NCBI GenBank assembly: GCA_036490895.1
Contig: DASXDB010000132.1
Location: 1-44,558 of the forward strand
Length of the DNA stretch: 44,558 bases
Direction: 5' to 3'
DNA from: Gaiellaceae bacterium
GTDB lineage: Bacteria > Actinomycetota > Thermoleophilia > Gaiellales > Gaiellaceae
The translations under genes were made by a program, and so were the position numbers. Positions 8,628-17,343 of the stretch are shown in pieces; position 1 is the stretch's first letter, and the number at the start of each line of letters is the position of its first letter. A model generated the notes under the pieces. That model was given only the letters and a program-made list of their open reading frames with translations. It was not told the origin of the DNA and did no database searches.

Positions 8628-9914
8628 GTGCAGCAGCCTCCGCGCATCTTTCTCGGGCTCGTCGAGGTCGCCGGCTACTACGCCGGGCTCGAGCAAGGGC
8701 TGCGCGAGCTCGGAGCCCAGGTCACGCGCGTCGACCTCTACGGCACCGCGTTCGAGTACCGCACCTCGGCCGAGCGCCCGGCTCCCGTGCGCATCGCCGA
8801 GTGGCTCGGCCGCCGACGCGCCCACACGCCGCGGAGCCGTCTCCTGGCGAAAGTGTGGTGGAAAACGCTCCACCTTGCCTCCCTCCCGGCGCTCCTGATC
8901 TGGGTCGCATCGCGCCACGACGTCCTCGTCTTCGGCTTCACGTCGTCGTTCATGGGCGGGCGCGAGTACCGATGGCTCAAGCGACGAGGCAAGCGCCTCG
9001 TCTTCATCTTTCACGGGAGCGACATCCGGCCGACGTACATCGACGGCAGCGAGATGGCGCCGAGCCGCAACATCACGTCGGCACGGTGCGTGTCGATGAC
9101 TGCGGCAAAGCGCGCGCGATTGAACCGGATCGAGCAGGCGGCCGATCTCCTGGTCAGCCTCCCGTCCTTTGCGCACCTGCTCCGGCGGCCGTTCGTGTCC
9201 TTCCTGGCGATCGGCATCCCGACCGCGCCAGATGACGCTTCCACCGACCATGCGGCCGCCGCCCACCGGCCTCGCGTTCTCCATTCGCCGTCACATCCCG
9301 AGGCCAAGGGGAGCGACCTGATCCGAGCCGCAGTCGAGGAGCTTCGGAACGAAGGGCTCGACCTCGACTACGTCGAGCTGCGGAACGTCAGCCACAGCCG
9401 CGTCGTCGAAGAGATCCACCGCTGCGACTTCGTCGTCGACCAGCTGTACTCTGACACGCCGATGGCTGGATTCGCGACGGAGGCCGCGGGCCTCGGCCGC
9501 GCCGCAATCGTCGGCTGCGAGGACTGGGACGCGGCACTCCGAGGTCTCGCGTCCAACACGATTCCTCCCTCGTTCAGGTGTGGCTCCCGCGACGTGAAAG
9601 AGGCGATTCGCATGCTTGCGGTGGATAGCGAGCTTCGCACGCGCATCGGCCGCGACGCACAAGCGTTCGTCCAGGCGCGATGGGCGCCCAGGACGGTCGC
9701 AGAGAACCTGCTTCGAGCGCTCGACGGTCCACCGGACGAATGGGTGTGCGATCCAGCCGACATCGACTACGCATTCGGCTGCGGTCTCAGTCGGCCCCGT
9801 GCCGCAGAGACCGTTCAAGGGGTGCTGGCCACTGCGGGCCGCTCCGCGCTGCTGCTTGACGACAAGCCTCAGCTCGCCGAGCGCCTCACAGCACTCGCGG
9901 CCGGCGCAGCCTGA
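8628..9914 (+). CDS. Hypothetical protein, divergent GT-B-like (GT1/GT4-type C-terminal half), 428 aa
   Basis: GTG 8628 directly follows TAG 8625-8627. The C-terminal half, RVLHSPSHPEAKGSDLIRAAVEELRNEGLDLDYVELRNVSHSRVVEEIHRCDFVVDQLYSDTPMAGFATEAAGLGRAAIVG, looks like a GT-B nucleotide-sugar-binding domain. The canonical E-x7-E motif is not obvious. Confidence 0.45.
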   Translation: MQQPPRIFLGLVEVAGYYAGLEQGLRELGAQVTRVDLYGTAFEYRTSAERPAPVRIAEWLGRRRAHTPRSRLLAKVWWKTLHLASLPALLIWVASRHDVLVFGFTSSFMGGREYRWLKRRGKRLVFIFHGSDIRPTYIDGSEMAPSRNITSARCVSMTAAKRARLNRIEQAADLLVSLPSFAHLLRRPFVSFLAIGIPTAPDDASTDHAAAAHRPRVLHSPSHPEAKGSDLIRAAVEELRNEGLDLDYVELRNVSHSRVVEEIHRCDFVVDQLYSDTPMAGFATEAAGLGRAAIVGCEDWDAALRGLASNTIPPSFRCGSRDVKEAIRMLAVDSELRTRIGRDAQAFVQARWAPRTVAENLLRALDGPPDEWVCDPADIDYAFGCGLSRPRAAETVQGVLATAGRSALLLDDKPQLAERLTALAAGAA

Positions 9915-9918
9915 CGCC

Positions 9919-11376
9919 GTGAGCTCGTCGCTCTCACGGCGGCTCTTCCGCGACTTCGCCGTCTACGGCGGCGGCGAGATCGCGCTCCGGGCAACCGGGT
10001 TCGTGATGCTGCCGATCTACACACGGTTGCTCGCAGCAGACGAGTACGGCGCCTGGGGGTTCATGACGACAGCAGTCGGGTTGCTCTCGGCGCTGCTCGT
10101 GCTCGGCGGCGACACGGCGTACTCGAGGTTCTTCTTCGAGGCGAAGACGAACGAGGAACGACAGACGCTCGCTTCGACGTGGTTCCTCTTCCTCGGCGTC
10201 TGGACCGCGGCGTGCTCGCTCCTACTCGCGCTCTTCTCTCGACCCATCGCGGCGTGGTTCCTCCATCACCACTCGTACGGGCTCGCCCTCGCGTTCGCGG
10301 TCTTGTCGACCCCGCTCACGGTGATGAACATCCTCCTCGGCGAGGTGCTACGCAACGAGTTCCGCGCGGTCACGTACACCGTCCTCAACGTCGCAGGAGC
10401 CATCCTCCTCATCGGCATGACGCTCCTTTTCGTGGTCGGCCTGCACAAGGAGCTCACCGGCCTCGCGTTCGGAACGGACGCCGCTCTCGCTGCAATGCTG
10501 CCCATCCGCCTCTGGACGGTGCGCGGGCACCTGAGGATTCGGTTTTCGACACCGCTCCTTCGACGCATGATCAGGTTCGGCGCGCCGCTCGTACCGATCT
10601 CGATCGCATATTGGGTATTCGCCGTGTCCGATCGGATCGTCCTGGCCAAGCTCTCGACGCTGCACGCGCTCGGGCTCTACACCGTGGCGGGGGCGGTGAC
10701 GGCCGGTCTCGCGTTGATCCAAGCGGCGCTCGCGCGTGCGCTCGGACCACACGCCATGAGAATGTACGAGCACGCACCGGACGACGCGCGCAGGGCGCTC
10801 GGGCGACTCCTTGTCTACGTCGTCGTTGTGTTCGGCGCCGTCTGTGTGGCGACCAGCGCGTTTGCCCACGAGCTGTTGATCGCGCTCGCAACGCCGGGGT
10901 ACTACGGCGCCGCGGCCGCAGTCGGGCCGCTGGCGCTCGGTGCGCTGTTCTATGCGACGACTCAGGTGACATCGCTGCCGATGACCTTCGTGAAGCAGAC
11001 GGGCCACCTCAGCCGGATCGCGGCACTCGCCGCCATCGTCAACCTCGCGCTCAACCTGGCGCTCGTTCCGGCGTTCGGGATGCTTGCGTCGGCATGGGCG
11101 ACCGCAGCGGCGTATCTACTGCTCACCGCGGGCTACGCGATCGTCGGACAGCGCCTGTGGAGGATCGATTACGACATTCGATCGACGATCACCGCTGTGG
11201 TCGTCGCAGCCGTCTTGATCCCGACCGCGCGCGTGCTCCCCGATGTCTCATCGGGCCTCACGCTCGGGACGAAGATCGCATACGTGCTCCTCTACGGGGC
11301 ACTGCTGTTCGCAACGGGCGTAGTGCGGCGATCCGACTTCGCCCGTCTCCGCGTGCTCGGCGAGTCCCGCACGTAG
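9919..11376 (+). CDS. wzx: Polysaccharide/oligosaccharide flippase, MOP superfamily (Wzx-like), 485 aa
   Basis: GTG 9919 lies 4 nt after the previous stop. The N-terminus LSRRLFRDFAVYGGGEIALRATGFVMLPIYTRLLAADEYG is characteristic of the polysaccharide biosynthesis protein family. The protein is hydrophobic and multi-span throughout. Confidence 0.75.
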   Translation: MSSSLSRRLFRDFAVYGGGEIALRATGFVMLPIYTRLLAADEYGAWGFMTTAVGLLSALLVLGGDTAYSRFFFEAKTNEERQTLASTWFLFLGVWTAACSLLLALFSRPIAAWFLHHHSYGLALAFAVLSTPLTVMNILLGEVLRNEFRAVTYTVLNVAGAILLIGMTLLFVVGLHKELTGLAFGTDAALAAMLPIRLWTVRGHLRIRFSTPLLRRMIRFGAPLVPISIAYWVFAVSDRIVLAKLSTLHALGLYTVAGAVTAGLALIQAALARALGPHAMRMYEHAPDDARRALGRLLVYVVVVFGAVCVATSAFAHELLIALATPGYYGAAAAVGPLALGALFYATTQVTSLPMTFVKQTGHLSRIAALAAIVNLALNLALVPAFGMLASAWATAAAYLLLTAGYAIVGQRLWRIDYDIRSTITAVVVAAVLIPTARVLPDVSSGLTLGTKIAYVLLYGALLFATGVVRRSDFARLRVLGESRT

Positions 11377-11405
11377 ACCTCCTTCGCCGTCGATAGCCTG
11401 CTCCG

Positions 11406-13349
11406 ATGTGCGGAATCGTCGGCCGCTGGGCGCGTTCGCGCGCAGCGAGCGTCCCTCCTTCGAGCCTCGAAGCGGCACTCAGGTCGATCCGGCACCGCGG
11501 CCCGGACGACGAGGGGTACGCCTACATCGACACCGGGCCGGCCCTGATCCATTCCTTCGGCGGCGACGACACCGCACACGGTGTGGAACTGCCGCACATC
11601 CGAGGCGCAACGACCGCCGGCGACCTGGCTCTCGCCAATCGCCGGCTCGCAATCCAGGATCGCACCGCTGCGGGTCACCTGCCGATGCGGCGAGACGACC
11701 TCGGGCTCTGCGTCGCCTACAACGGCGAGATCTACAACTTCCAAGCGCTCAGGACGGAGCTCGAAGCCGAAGGCCGAGCCTTCTCGACCTCCGGCGACAC
11801 CGAAGTGCTGCTCCACGCCTACGACGCGTGGGGACTCCAGTGCCTCGAGCGCTTCAACGGCATGTGGGCGTTCGCGCTGTGGGACGGTCGACGGCGGTCG
11901 CTCGTCATCGCCAGGGACCGCTACGGCGTGAAGCCGCTGTACCTGCGATGGGACGGCGTGGCGTTGTCGTTCGCATCGGAGATCAAGGCGTTGCTGGCAC
12001 TCGAGTCGCGCCGACCCAAGCCGAATGACGCGATCGTCGGCGACTATCTCGCGCTCGGACTCGTCGATCACCGGCCCGAGACGTTCTTCGAAGGAATCGT
12101 CCCCCTCGAGCCCGGCCACGTGATCGACTGGAGCCTCGAGGAGGCAGCGCCGACGGCCCGAGAGTGGTACCACCTGCCAACCGCGGAGACGGAGCTCGGC
12201 GACTCCGCCGCGACGTTCGCGCAGTTGTTCGAGAACGCGGTCTCGCTGCGACTCATCGCAGACGTTCCGGTCGGAACCTGCCTTTCAGGTGGTCTCGACT
12301 CGTCGTCGGTCGTGGTGGAGGTCGACCGCCTTCTGGAGAGGGGGAGCCGCCGCGCCGGAACGTCCGAACAGCAGCTCACGTTCTCGGCACGCTATGACGA
12401 CCCGGCTCACGACGAGGGGCGATTCATCGACGCGGTCGTTGCCGCAACGCGGGTCGAGGCTCACTCCGTCTATCCCTCCGGCACGTCGCTTCACGAAGAT
12501 CTCGCGGCGCTCATCGCGAGTCAGGGCGAGCCCTTCGGCTCGACCAGCATCTACGCGCAGTACTGCGTGTTTCGCCTCGCACGCGGCGCGGGGTGTGTCG
12601 TGACGCTCGACGGGCAAGGCGGCGACGAAACGGCGGGTGGATACCTTCACTACTTCGGGCCGATGATCGCGCGCCTTGTACGAGCCGGGCGACTGGGACG
12701 CGCGATTCGAGAGGCAGCGGCGATCGGCCGACTGCATCCAGAGCTCAGGCGCTCGCTTCCCGTCCGCACAGGCGCCGCGCTGCTGCCGTGGCGCGCTCGC
12801 CAGCGCCTCGCAGAGCGAGTCCGGACGCCCGTGTGGTCGACGAACGGCGGGATGTCGCCTTCGGACCGCCGCGCGATGCCCCGCGATCCCCTGCGCGCGC
12901 AGATCTACCGCGACGTCACGATCGGACTACGGCATCTCCTTCGCGTGGCCGACCACAACTCGATGGCGCACTCGGTCGAGTCGCGTCTGCCTTTCCTCGA
13001 CGTCGGCCTGCTCGAGACGTTCTACGCGGCGCCCGCAGAAGCGAAGCTGCGAGACGGGGTCACGAAGGTGTCCATGCGCCGTGGGCTCGCCGACCTGCTC
13101 CCGCAGGCGATCCTCGACCGGCACGACAAGGTCGGCTTTTCGACACCGGAGGAGGCGTGGTTCCGAACGTCGCTTCGTGACGTCATCGAGGACACCGTCG
13201 GTTCGCAGTCCTTTCGCAGCAGAGTGTGGAAGCGGGACGATGCCGTGGAGGCGACGTGGCGGCGCTTCCTGGCGGGCGACAACGGGCCGACCCGCGAGGT
13301 GTGGCGCTGGCTCAACCTCGAACTCTGGTACCGAGCCTACGTCGACTGA
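11406..13349 (+). CDS. Asparagine synthase B-family glutamine amidotransferase (copy 2), 647 aa
   Basis: Starts MCGIVGRW (Cys2 nucleophile). PP-loop is TCLSGGLDSSSV. Contains DRYGVKPLY and the C-terminal synthetase domain. Confidence 0.85.
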   Translation: MCGIVGRWARSRAASVPPSSLEAALRSIRHRGPDDEGYAYIDTGPALIHSFGGDDTAHGVELPHIRGATTAGDLALANRRLAIQDRTAAGHLPMRRDDLGLCVAYNGEIYNFQALRTELEAEGRAFSTSGDTEVLLHAYDAWGLQCLERFNGMWAFALWDGRRRSLVIARDRYGVKPLYLRWDGVALSFASEIKALLALESRRPKPNDAIVGDYLALGLVDHRPETFFEGIVPLEPGHVIDWSLEEAAPTAREWYHLPTAETELGDSAATFAQLFENAVSLRLIADVPVGTCLSGGLDSSSVVVEVDRLLERGSRRAGTSEQQLTFSARYDDPAHDEGRFIDAVVAATRVEAHSVYPSGTSLHEDLAALIASQGEPFGSTSIYAQYCVFRLARGAGCVVTLDGQGGDETAGGYLHYFGPMIARLVRAGRLGRAIREAAAIGRLHPELRRSLPVRTGAALLPWRARQRLAERVRTPVWSTNGGMSPSDRRAMPRDPLRAQIYRDVTIGLRHLLRVADHNSMAHSVESRLPFLDVGLLETFYAAPAEAKLRDGVTKVSMRRGLADLLPQAILDRHDKVGFSTPEEAWFRTSLRDVIEDTVGSQSFRSRVWKRDDAVEATWRRFLAGDNGPTREVWRWLNLELWYRAYVD

Positions 13350-13350
13350 C

Positions 13351-14646
13351 ATGCGCAGAGTGCTCATCACGGCGACGTACTTCTCCAGCGAGGTCTTCCT
13401 CGGCTCGCTGCGGGTCAACGCACTTGTCCGTCACTTGCCCGAGCACGGCTGGGAGCCGGTCGTCTTGACGCCGACGCTTCCGACGCAGCCCGCCGTTCCT
13501 CGTGAGGACGTCTCGATCGTCGAGTACGCCGACCTTCGCGGCGTCTATGCACGCTGGAAGCGGGCCGTCGGAGGAGATCGCCGAACCCACATGGACGAGA
13601 CGGGGGCCGCAGGGCAACGGAGTCCGCTCGCTCGGCGGATCGCCAACACAGTCGTCGAGGCGGGGAAACGCGTGATCGTCCCGGACCCGTCGATCGTCTG
13701 GTGGCCGCCCGGCGCTCGTGCCGGACGACGGGTCGCGCGGACCGAGCGGCTCGATGCAGTCATCACGAGCTCGAACCCGCCGACGCCGCACCTGATCGGG
13801 CACTCGCTCCGGCGGGACGGCGTGCCGTGGGTGGCGGACTTCCGCGACCTCTGGGTCCTCAATCACTACTACCCCTACGGCCCACTCCGCCGTTCGCTCG
13901 ACACCGCGCTCGAGAGGCGGACGCTGCGGTCAGCGGATGCGATCGTCACCCTCTCCGAGGACTACCTCGAGCGACTACGGCCTCACTACGGCTTCACGCC
14001 GCCCAACGGCTATCACGCAATTCCCCTCGGGTTCGACGACGCACTGCTCGACGCACCGGCAGAACGCCTGGACGAGGAGTTCACCATCGTCTTCACCGGC
14101 AACTTCGTGGAAGGAAAACGCGATCCGCGGCTCCTGCTCGAGGGGGTCCGCCTCGCTGTCCAACGAGGCCAGGTCGACCGGCGGCGGTTACGGATCATGT
14201 TCTGGGGGCCGAGATACGGCTGGATCGACGAACGCGCAGCCGAGGCCGGCTTGGCCGACGTGGTGGAGCAGCACGGATACGTCGAGCGCGAGGAGGCGCT
14301 GCGCAGGCAGCGTCGGGCCCAACTCCTCGCGCTGTTCCTCTGGGATCACCCGTCGGAAGCGGGCGCCTACAGCGGCAAGATGGAGTTCCTGGCGGCAGGC
14401 AGGCCGATCATCGTCCTGACGCCGCCGCGCAGCGGGATCTGGGACAGGCTTCCGCTCGAGACCGGCGCCGGCACGCCGGTCCACGACGCAGAAGAGATCG
14501 CGGGCGCGGTTGCAAGCGCATTCACCGAGTACGCGGCGATGGGGGCCGCACGCTACTCCGGGTCCCACGAGGCGATTGCGAAGTACACCTACTCACAGAT
14601 CGCGGCGCAGTTCGCAGCGATCCTCGACGACGTTGCCCGCCCGTGA
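13351..14646 (+). CDS. GT-B glycosyltransferase, GT4-like, 431 aa (paralogue of 23484..24737)
   Basis: ATG 13351 lies 1 nt after the previous stop. N-terminus is MRRVLITATYFSSEV. The block AVITSSNPPTPHLIGHSLRRDGVPWVADFRDLWV is shared with the minus-arm gene at 23484..24737. C-terminal block is KMEFLAAGRPIIVL. Confidence 0.65.
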   Translation: MRRVLITATYFSSEVFLGSLRVNALVRHLPEHGWEPVVLTPTLPTQPAVPREDVSIVEYADLRGVYARWKRAVGGDRRTHMDETGAAGQRSPLARRIANTVVEAGKRVIVPDPSIVWWPPGARAGRRVARTERLDAVITSSNPPTPHLIGHSLRRDGVPWVADFRDLWVLNHYYPYGPLRRSLDTALERRTLRSADAIVTLSEDYLERLRPHYGFTPPNGYHAIPLGFDDALLDAPAERLDEEFTIVFTGNFVEGKRDPRLLLEGVRLAVQRGQVDRRRLRIMFWGPRYGWIDERAAEAGLADVVEQHGYVEREEALRRQRRAQLLALFLWDHPSEAGAYSGKMEFLAAGRPIIVLTPPRSGIWDRLPLETGAGTPVHDAEEIAGAVASAFTEYAAMGAARYSGSHEAIAKYTYSQIAAQFAAILDDVARP

Positions 14647-15842
14647 AGGCGATCCTCTCGTCAAACGTCCCTCACTACCACTACGCGGCACGCGCGCTCG
14701 CCGACGAACGCTGGCTGTGCCGTTACATCTGCGGCGTGGTGCCGCGGTTCGACCCGCTCGACCGGGTGCTCCCGCCGTTCTGGCGGCGGAAGCTCGAGGG
14801 CCGACGGCTGCCGCAGCTCCCGGGAGCCAAGGTGACGTCCCTGGTGGTGCCGGAGCTCGCGCAGAAAGCCGCTTCGCACTTGCACGCGATGTCACCCGAA
14901 CGGTCGGTGCGGCTTCAGAACGAGCTCTTTGACCGGTTGGCGGCGGCGCGCGTCGGTGCCTGCGACGCGTTTCACTTCGTGAGCAGCATCGGGCTCGTGT
15001 CGGCACGGCGCGCCAAGCGCCGGGGGGCGGTCGTGATCTGCGATGAGCGGGCCGAGCACCCTGCCGCCCAACGGCGAGCCCTGGCGGCGGAGTACGACGC
15101 GCTCGGACTGCCGTTCAAGCCTCACGTCGCGATCTGGGAGGACCGCGTGTCGCGGGAGTACGAGCTGAGCGACCACCTCTTCGTGGGCTCCGCGTACTCG
15201 AAGGAGACATACGTCGAGGCCGGGCTCCCCACCGATCGCATCTGGGTCGTCCCATACGGCTTCGAACCGACGATCTTCGCGCCAGCGGCGCACGCGCAGG
15301 TCGATGTCGACGGCGGCCTCCGCGTTCTCTTCTGCGGACAGCTGACTCCACGCAAAGGGATCCATCGACTCGTTGCGGCGTTCGAGCGCGCCGCGCCCCC
15401 GAAGGCAACTCTTCGGCTGGTCGGGCCGGTCGATCCGGTCGTCGCACACGACGTGCGCCGCTGGGCGGAGGTCCCGGGCATCGAGGTGATCGGCGAGGTC
15501 CCGAAGCTCGAACTGCCGGTCCATTACGGCTGGGCCTCGGTGTTCGTGCTGCCTGCCGTCGCCGACGCGCAGCCGCTCGCGTGCCTCGAGGCCATGGCTT
15601 CAGGACTTCCCGCCATCGTGACCACCGCGATGGGAAGCCGCGAGATCGTACGCGACGGGATCGACGGCTTCGTCGTCGCGCCGAGCGACGAGGAGGCGAT
15701 CGCGGAACGGCTGACGCGCCTCGATGCGGATCGCGATCTGCTCTCGGCACAACGCCAGAGCGCGTTGCAGCGCGCGGCGGAGTTCACGTGGGAAGCGTAC
15801 GAGCGTCGCTTCGTCTCGACCTACCGTCAGATCTTCTCATGA
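14643..15842 (+). CDS. Glycosyltransferase family 4, 399 aa
   Basis: GTG 14643 overlaps the previous stop (GTGA). Contains LRVLFCGQLTPRKGIHRL and ACLEAMASGLPAIVTTAMGSREIVRDGIDGFVV. Confidence 0.8.
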   Translation: MKAILSSNVPHYHYAARALADERWLCRYICGVVPRFDPLDRVLPPFWRRKLEGRRLPQLPGAKVTSLVVPELAQKAASHLHAMSPERSVRLQNELFDRLAAARVGACDAFHFVSSIGLVSARRAKRRGAVVICDERAEHPAAQRRALAAEYDALGLPFKPHVAIWEDRVSREYELSDHLFVGSAYSKETYVEAGLPTDRIWVVPYGFEPTIFAPAAHAQVDVDGGLRVLFCGQLTPRKGIHRLVAAFERAAPPKATLRLVGPVDPVVAHDVRRWAEVPGIEVIGEVPKLELPVHYGWASVFVLPAVADAQPLACLEAMASGLPAIVTTAMGSREIVRDGIDGFVVAPSDEEAIAERLTRLDADRDLLSAQRQSALQRAAEFTWEAYERRFVSTYRQIFS

Positions 15843-16603
15843 GCGCACAGGCGTTCCTCCGCGCCAAGCGGCTTCTCTACCCGGGCACCGACATCGCGAC
15901 GAGAGAGCGACTGCGGCGGTTTGCCCCACTTTTTCGGAGCGGCGACGTCGCGACCCTCGACGTCGGTTGTGGCAACGGGGCGTTCTCGCTGGCCGCCTAC
16001 CGGCGTGGGAACCGCGTGCTCGGCGTCGACCTGAACCCCGACAACGTCGAACGCTGCCGCGAGTACGCGAGGTTCCTCAAGGCGGATGAGCGCAGACTTC
16101 GGTTCGAGGTGGCAGATGCGTACGCGATCGAGCAGTCGACCGGCGAGCGCTTCGACCAGGTGATCGCGTTCGAGATCCTGGAGCACCTCCTGCACGACTG
16201 TGCGGCGGTCGTCGGATTCGGCCGCGTCCTCGAGCGAGGCGGGATCCTCCACGTCTCGTCCCCGTACCTCCATCGCCGCACGTACGCCGGAGAGGTTCTT
16301 TCCGACGACGAGGATGGCTCACACGTGCGACTCGGCTACACATTCGCTGCGCTCGACGAGCTGTTTCGCTCTGCAGGCCTCGAGCCCGCGCTCCGCGGCA
16401 CCGCGGTAGGCCCGTCGTCCCGTGCGGCGCTCGAGCTCGTCAACCGTGCGGAACAGGTTGCCGGCCGTGCCGGCGCGATCGCGCTTCTCGCAGCGACCAC
16501 GCCGTTCCGGCTCCTCGATCGCCTGCCCGGCAGGCTCGACGTCGGGAAGGCGCTCATCCTGTACGCGCAGGCGCTCAAGCCGTACGTCAGCGCCGCGCGG
16601 TGA
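15839..16603 (+). CDS. Class I SAM-dependent methyltransferase, 254 aa
   Basis: ATG 15839 overlaps the previous stop (ATGA). SAM motif I is TLDVGCGNGAFSLAA. Also has VLGVDLNPD and FDQVIAFEILEHL. Confidence 0.8.
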   Translation: MSAQAFLRAKRLLYPGTDIATRERLRRFAPLFRSGDVATLDVGCGNGAFSLAAYRRGNRVLGVDLNPDNVERCREYARFLKADERRLRFEVADAYAIEQSTGERFDQVIAFEILEHLLHDCAAVVGFGRVLERGGILHVSSPYLHRRTYAGEVLSDDEDGSHVRLGYTFAALDELFRSAGLEPALRGTAVGPSSRAALELVNRAEQVAGRAGAIALLAATTPFRLLDRLPGRLDVGKALILYAQALKPYVSAAR

Positions 16604-17342
16604 CCCCGACGAACCACCCGAACCTCGAGCCGAGGCGCGTCGCGAGCGGTCCGCTGACACGCCGGTCGTACGGCGTCACCCAGCGGGTGTAGTCGACGGT
16701 TCGGAATCCGCTGAAGAGCGACTCCAGCTCGCGTTGCGTGTACGCCTTCGTGCCCGGACTCTCCATGTGCCCGGCCAGGACTCGTGTCACCGACTGCCAT
16801 GGGCGCCCGCGCGCAGCGGCGTAACGCGCCCACGCACCGAGCGCGACCCAGGAGCGCCGCGAGTAGAGCATGATGCGCGCCTCTCCCCCGGGCCGCAGCA
16901 CGCGGCGCACCTCGTCCACTGCCACTCTCGTGTCGGGAGTGTGGTGGAGCACGCCCCACGAATAAACCAGGTCAAAGGTCTCGTCGAGGAAGGGCAACCG
17001 CTCGGCGTCCGCCTGCCGCACTTCGGCGGCAAGCCCTTCGAGAGCGAGCCTCTGTCGAACGAGGTCGACCGACGCCTGCGTCAGGTCGATCCCGCTGAGG
17101 TTCGCGCCCGCGCGCGCGAATTGGATGAAGTCCGTGCCGAGGCCGACACCGACCTCGAGGACGTCGCGGCCGGACCAGCGCTCGAACTCGGCGAATCCGC
17201 CGATGAAGGGCTCCAGCTCATACCGCGTCTGCTCGACCTGCGCAAAGAACGCCGGGGTGCCCGGATCGGCCTGCGCGAGCTTCGCGCCGCACGGATCCGC
17301 CTCCCAGTGATCGCGGACGACGTCCTTGAGCGTGTCCGTCAC
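16587..17342 (-). CDS. Class I SAM-dependent methyltransferase, 251 aa (core paralogous to 5160..6176)
   Basis: Start is GTG 17342, 1 nt after the upstream TGA and preceded by GAGGAGGAG. SAM motif I is VLEVGVGLGTDF, followed by FDLVYSWGVLHHTPDTR. The 3' end overlaps the convergent methyltransferase gene by 17 nt. Confidence 0.8.
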   Translation of the reverse strand: MTDTLKDVVRDHWEADPCGAKLAQADPGTPAFFAQVEQTRYELEPFIGGFAEFERWSGRDVLEVGVGLGTDFIQFARAGANLSGIDLTQASVDLVRQRLALEGLAAEVRQADAERLPFLDETFDLVYSWGVLHHTPDTRVAVDEVRRVLRPGGEARIMLYSRRSWVALGAWARYAAARGRPWQSVTRVLAGHMESPGTKAYTQRELESLFSGFRTVDYTRWVTPYDRRVSGPLATRLGSRFGWFVGVTARR

Positions 17343-17343
17343 G

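Noticed and set aside
11377-11405. The 29-nt gap before the second asnB-like gene, and the 20-nt gap at 19831-19850, as internal promoters or terminators
   Set aside because: Neither gap has a TAnnnT/-35-like element or a stable inverted repeat. Both are too short and too GC-rich to support a call.
6181-13349. Calling the two AsnB homologues housekeeping asparagine synthetases (gene symbol asnB)
   Set aside because: There are two copies, both translationally embedded in a glycan operon. The family assignment is solid, but the physiological substrate is probably a glycan or precursor carboxylate, so no gene symbol was assigned.
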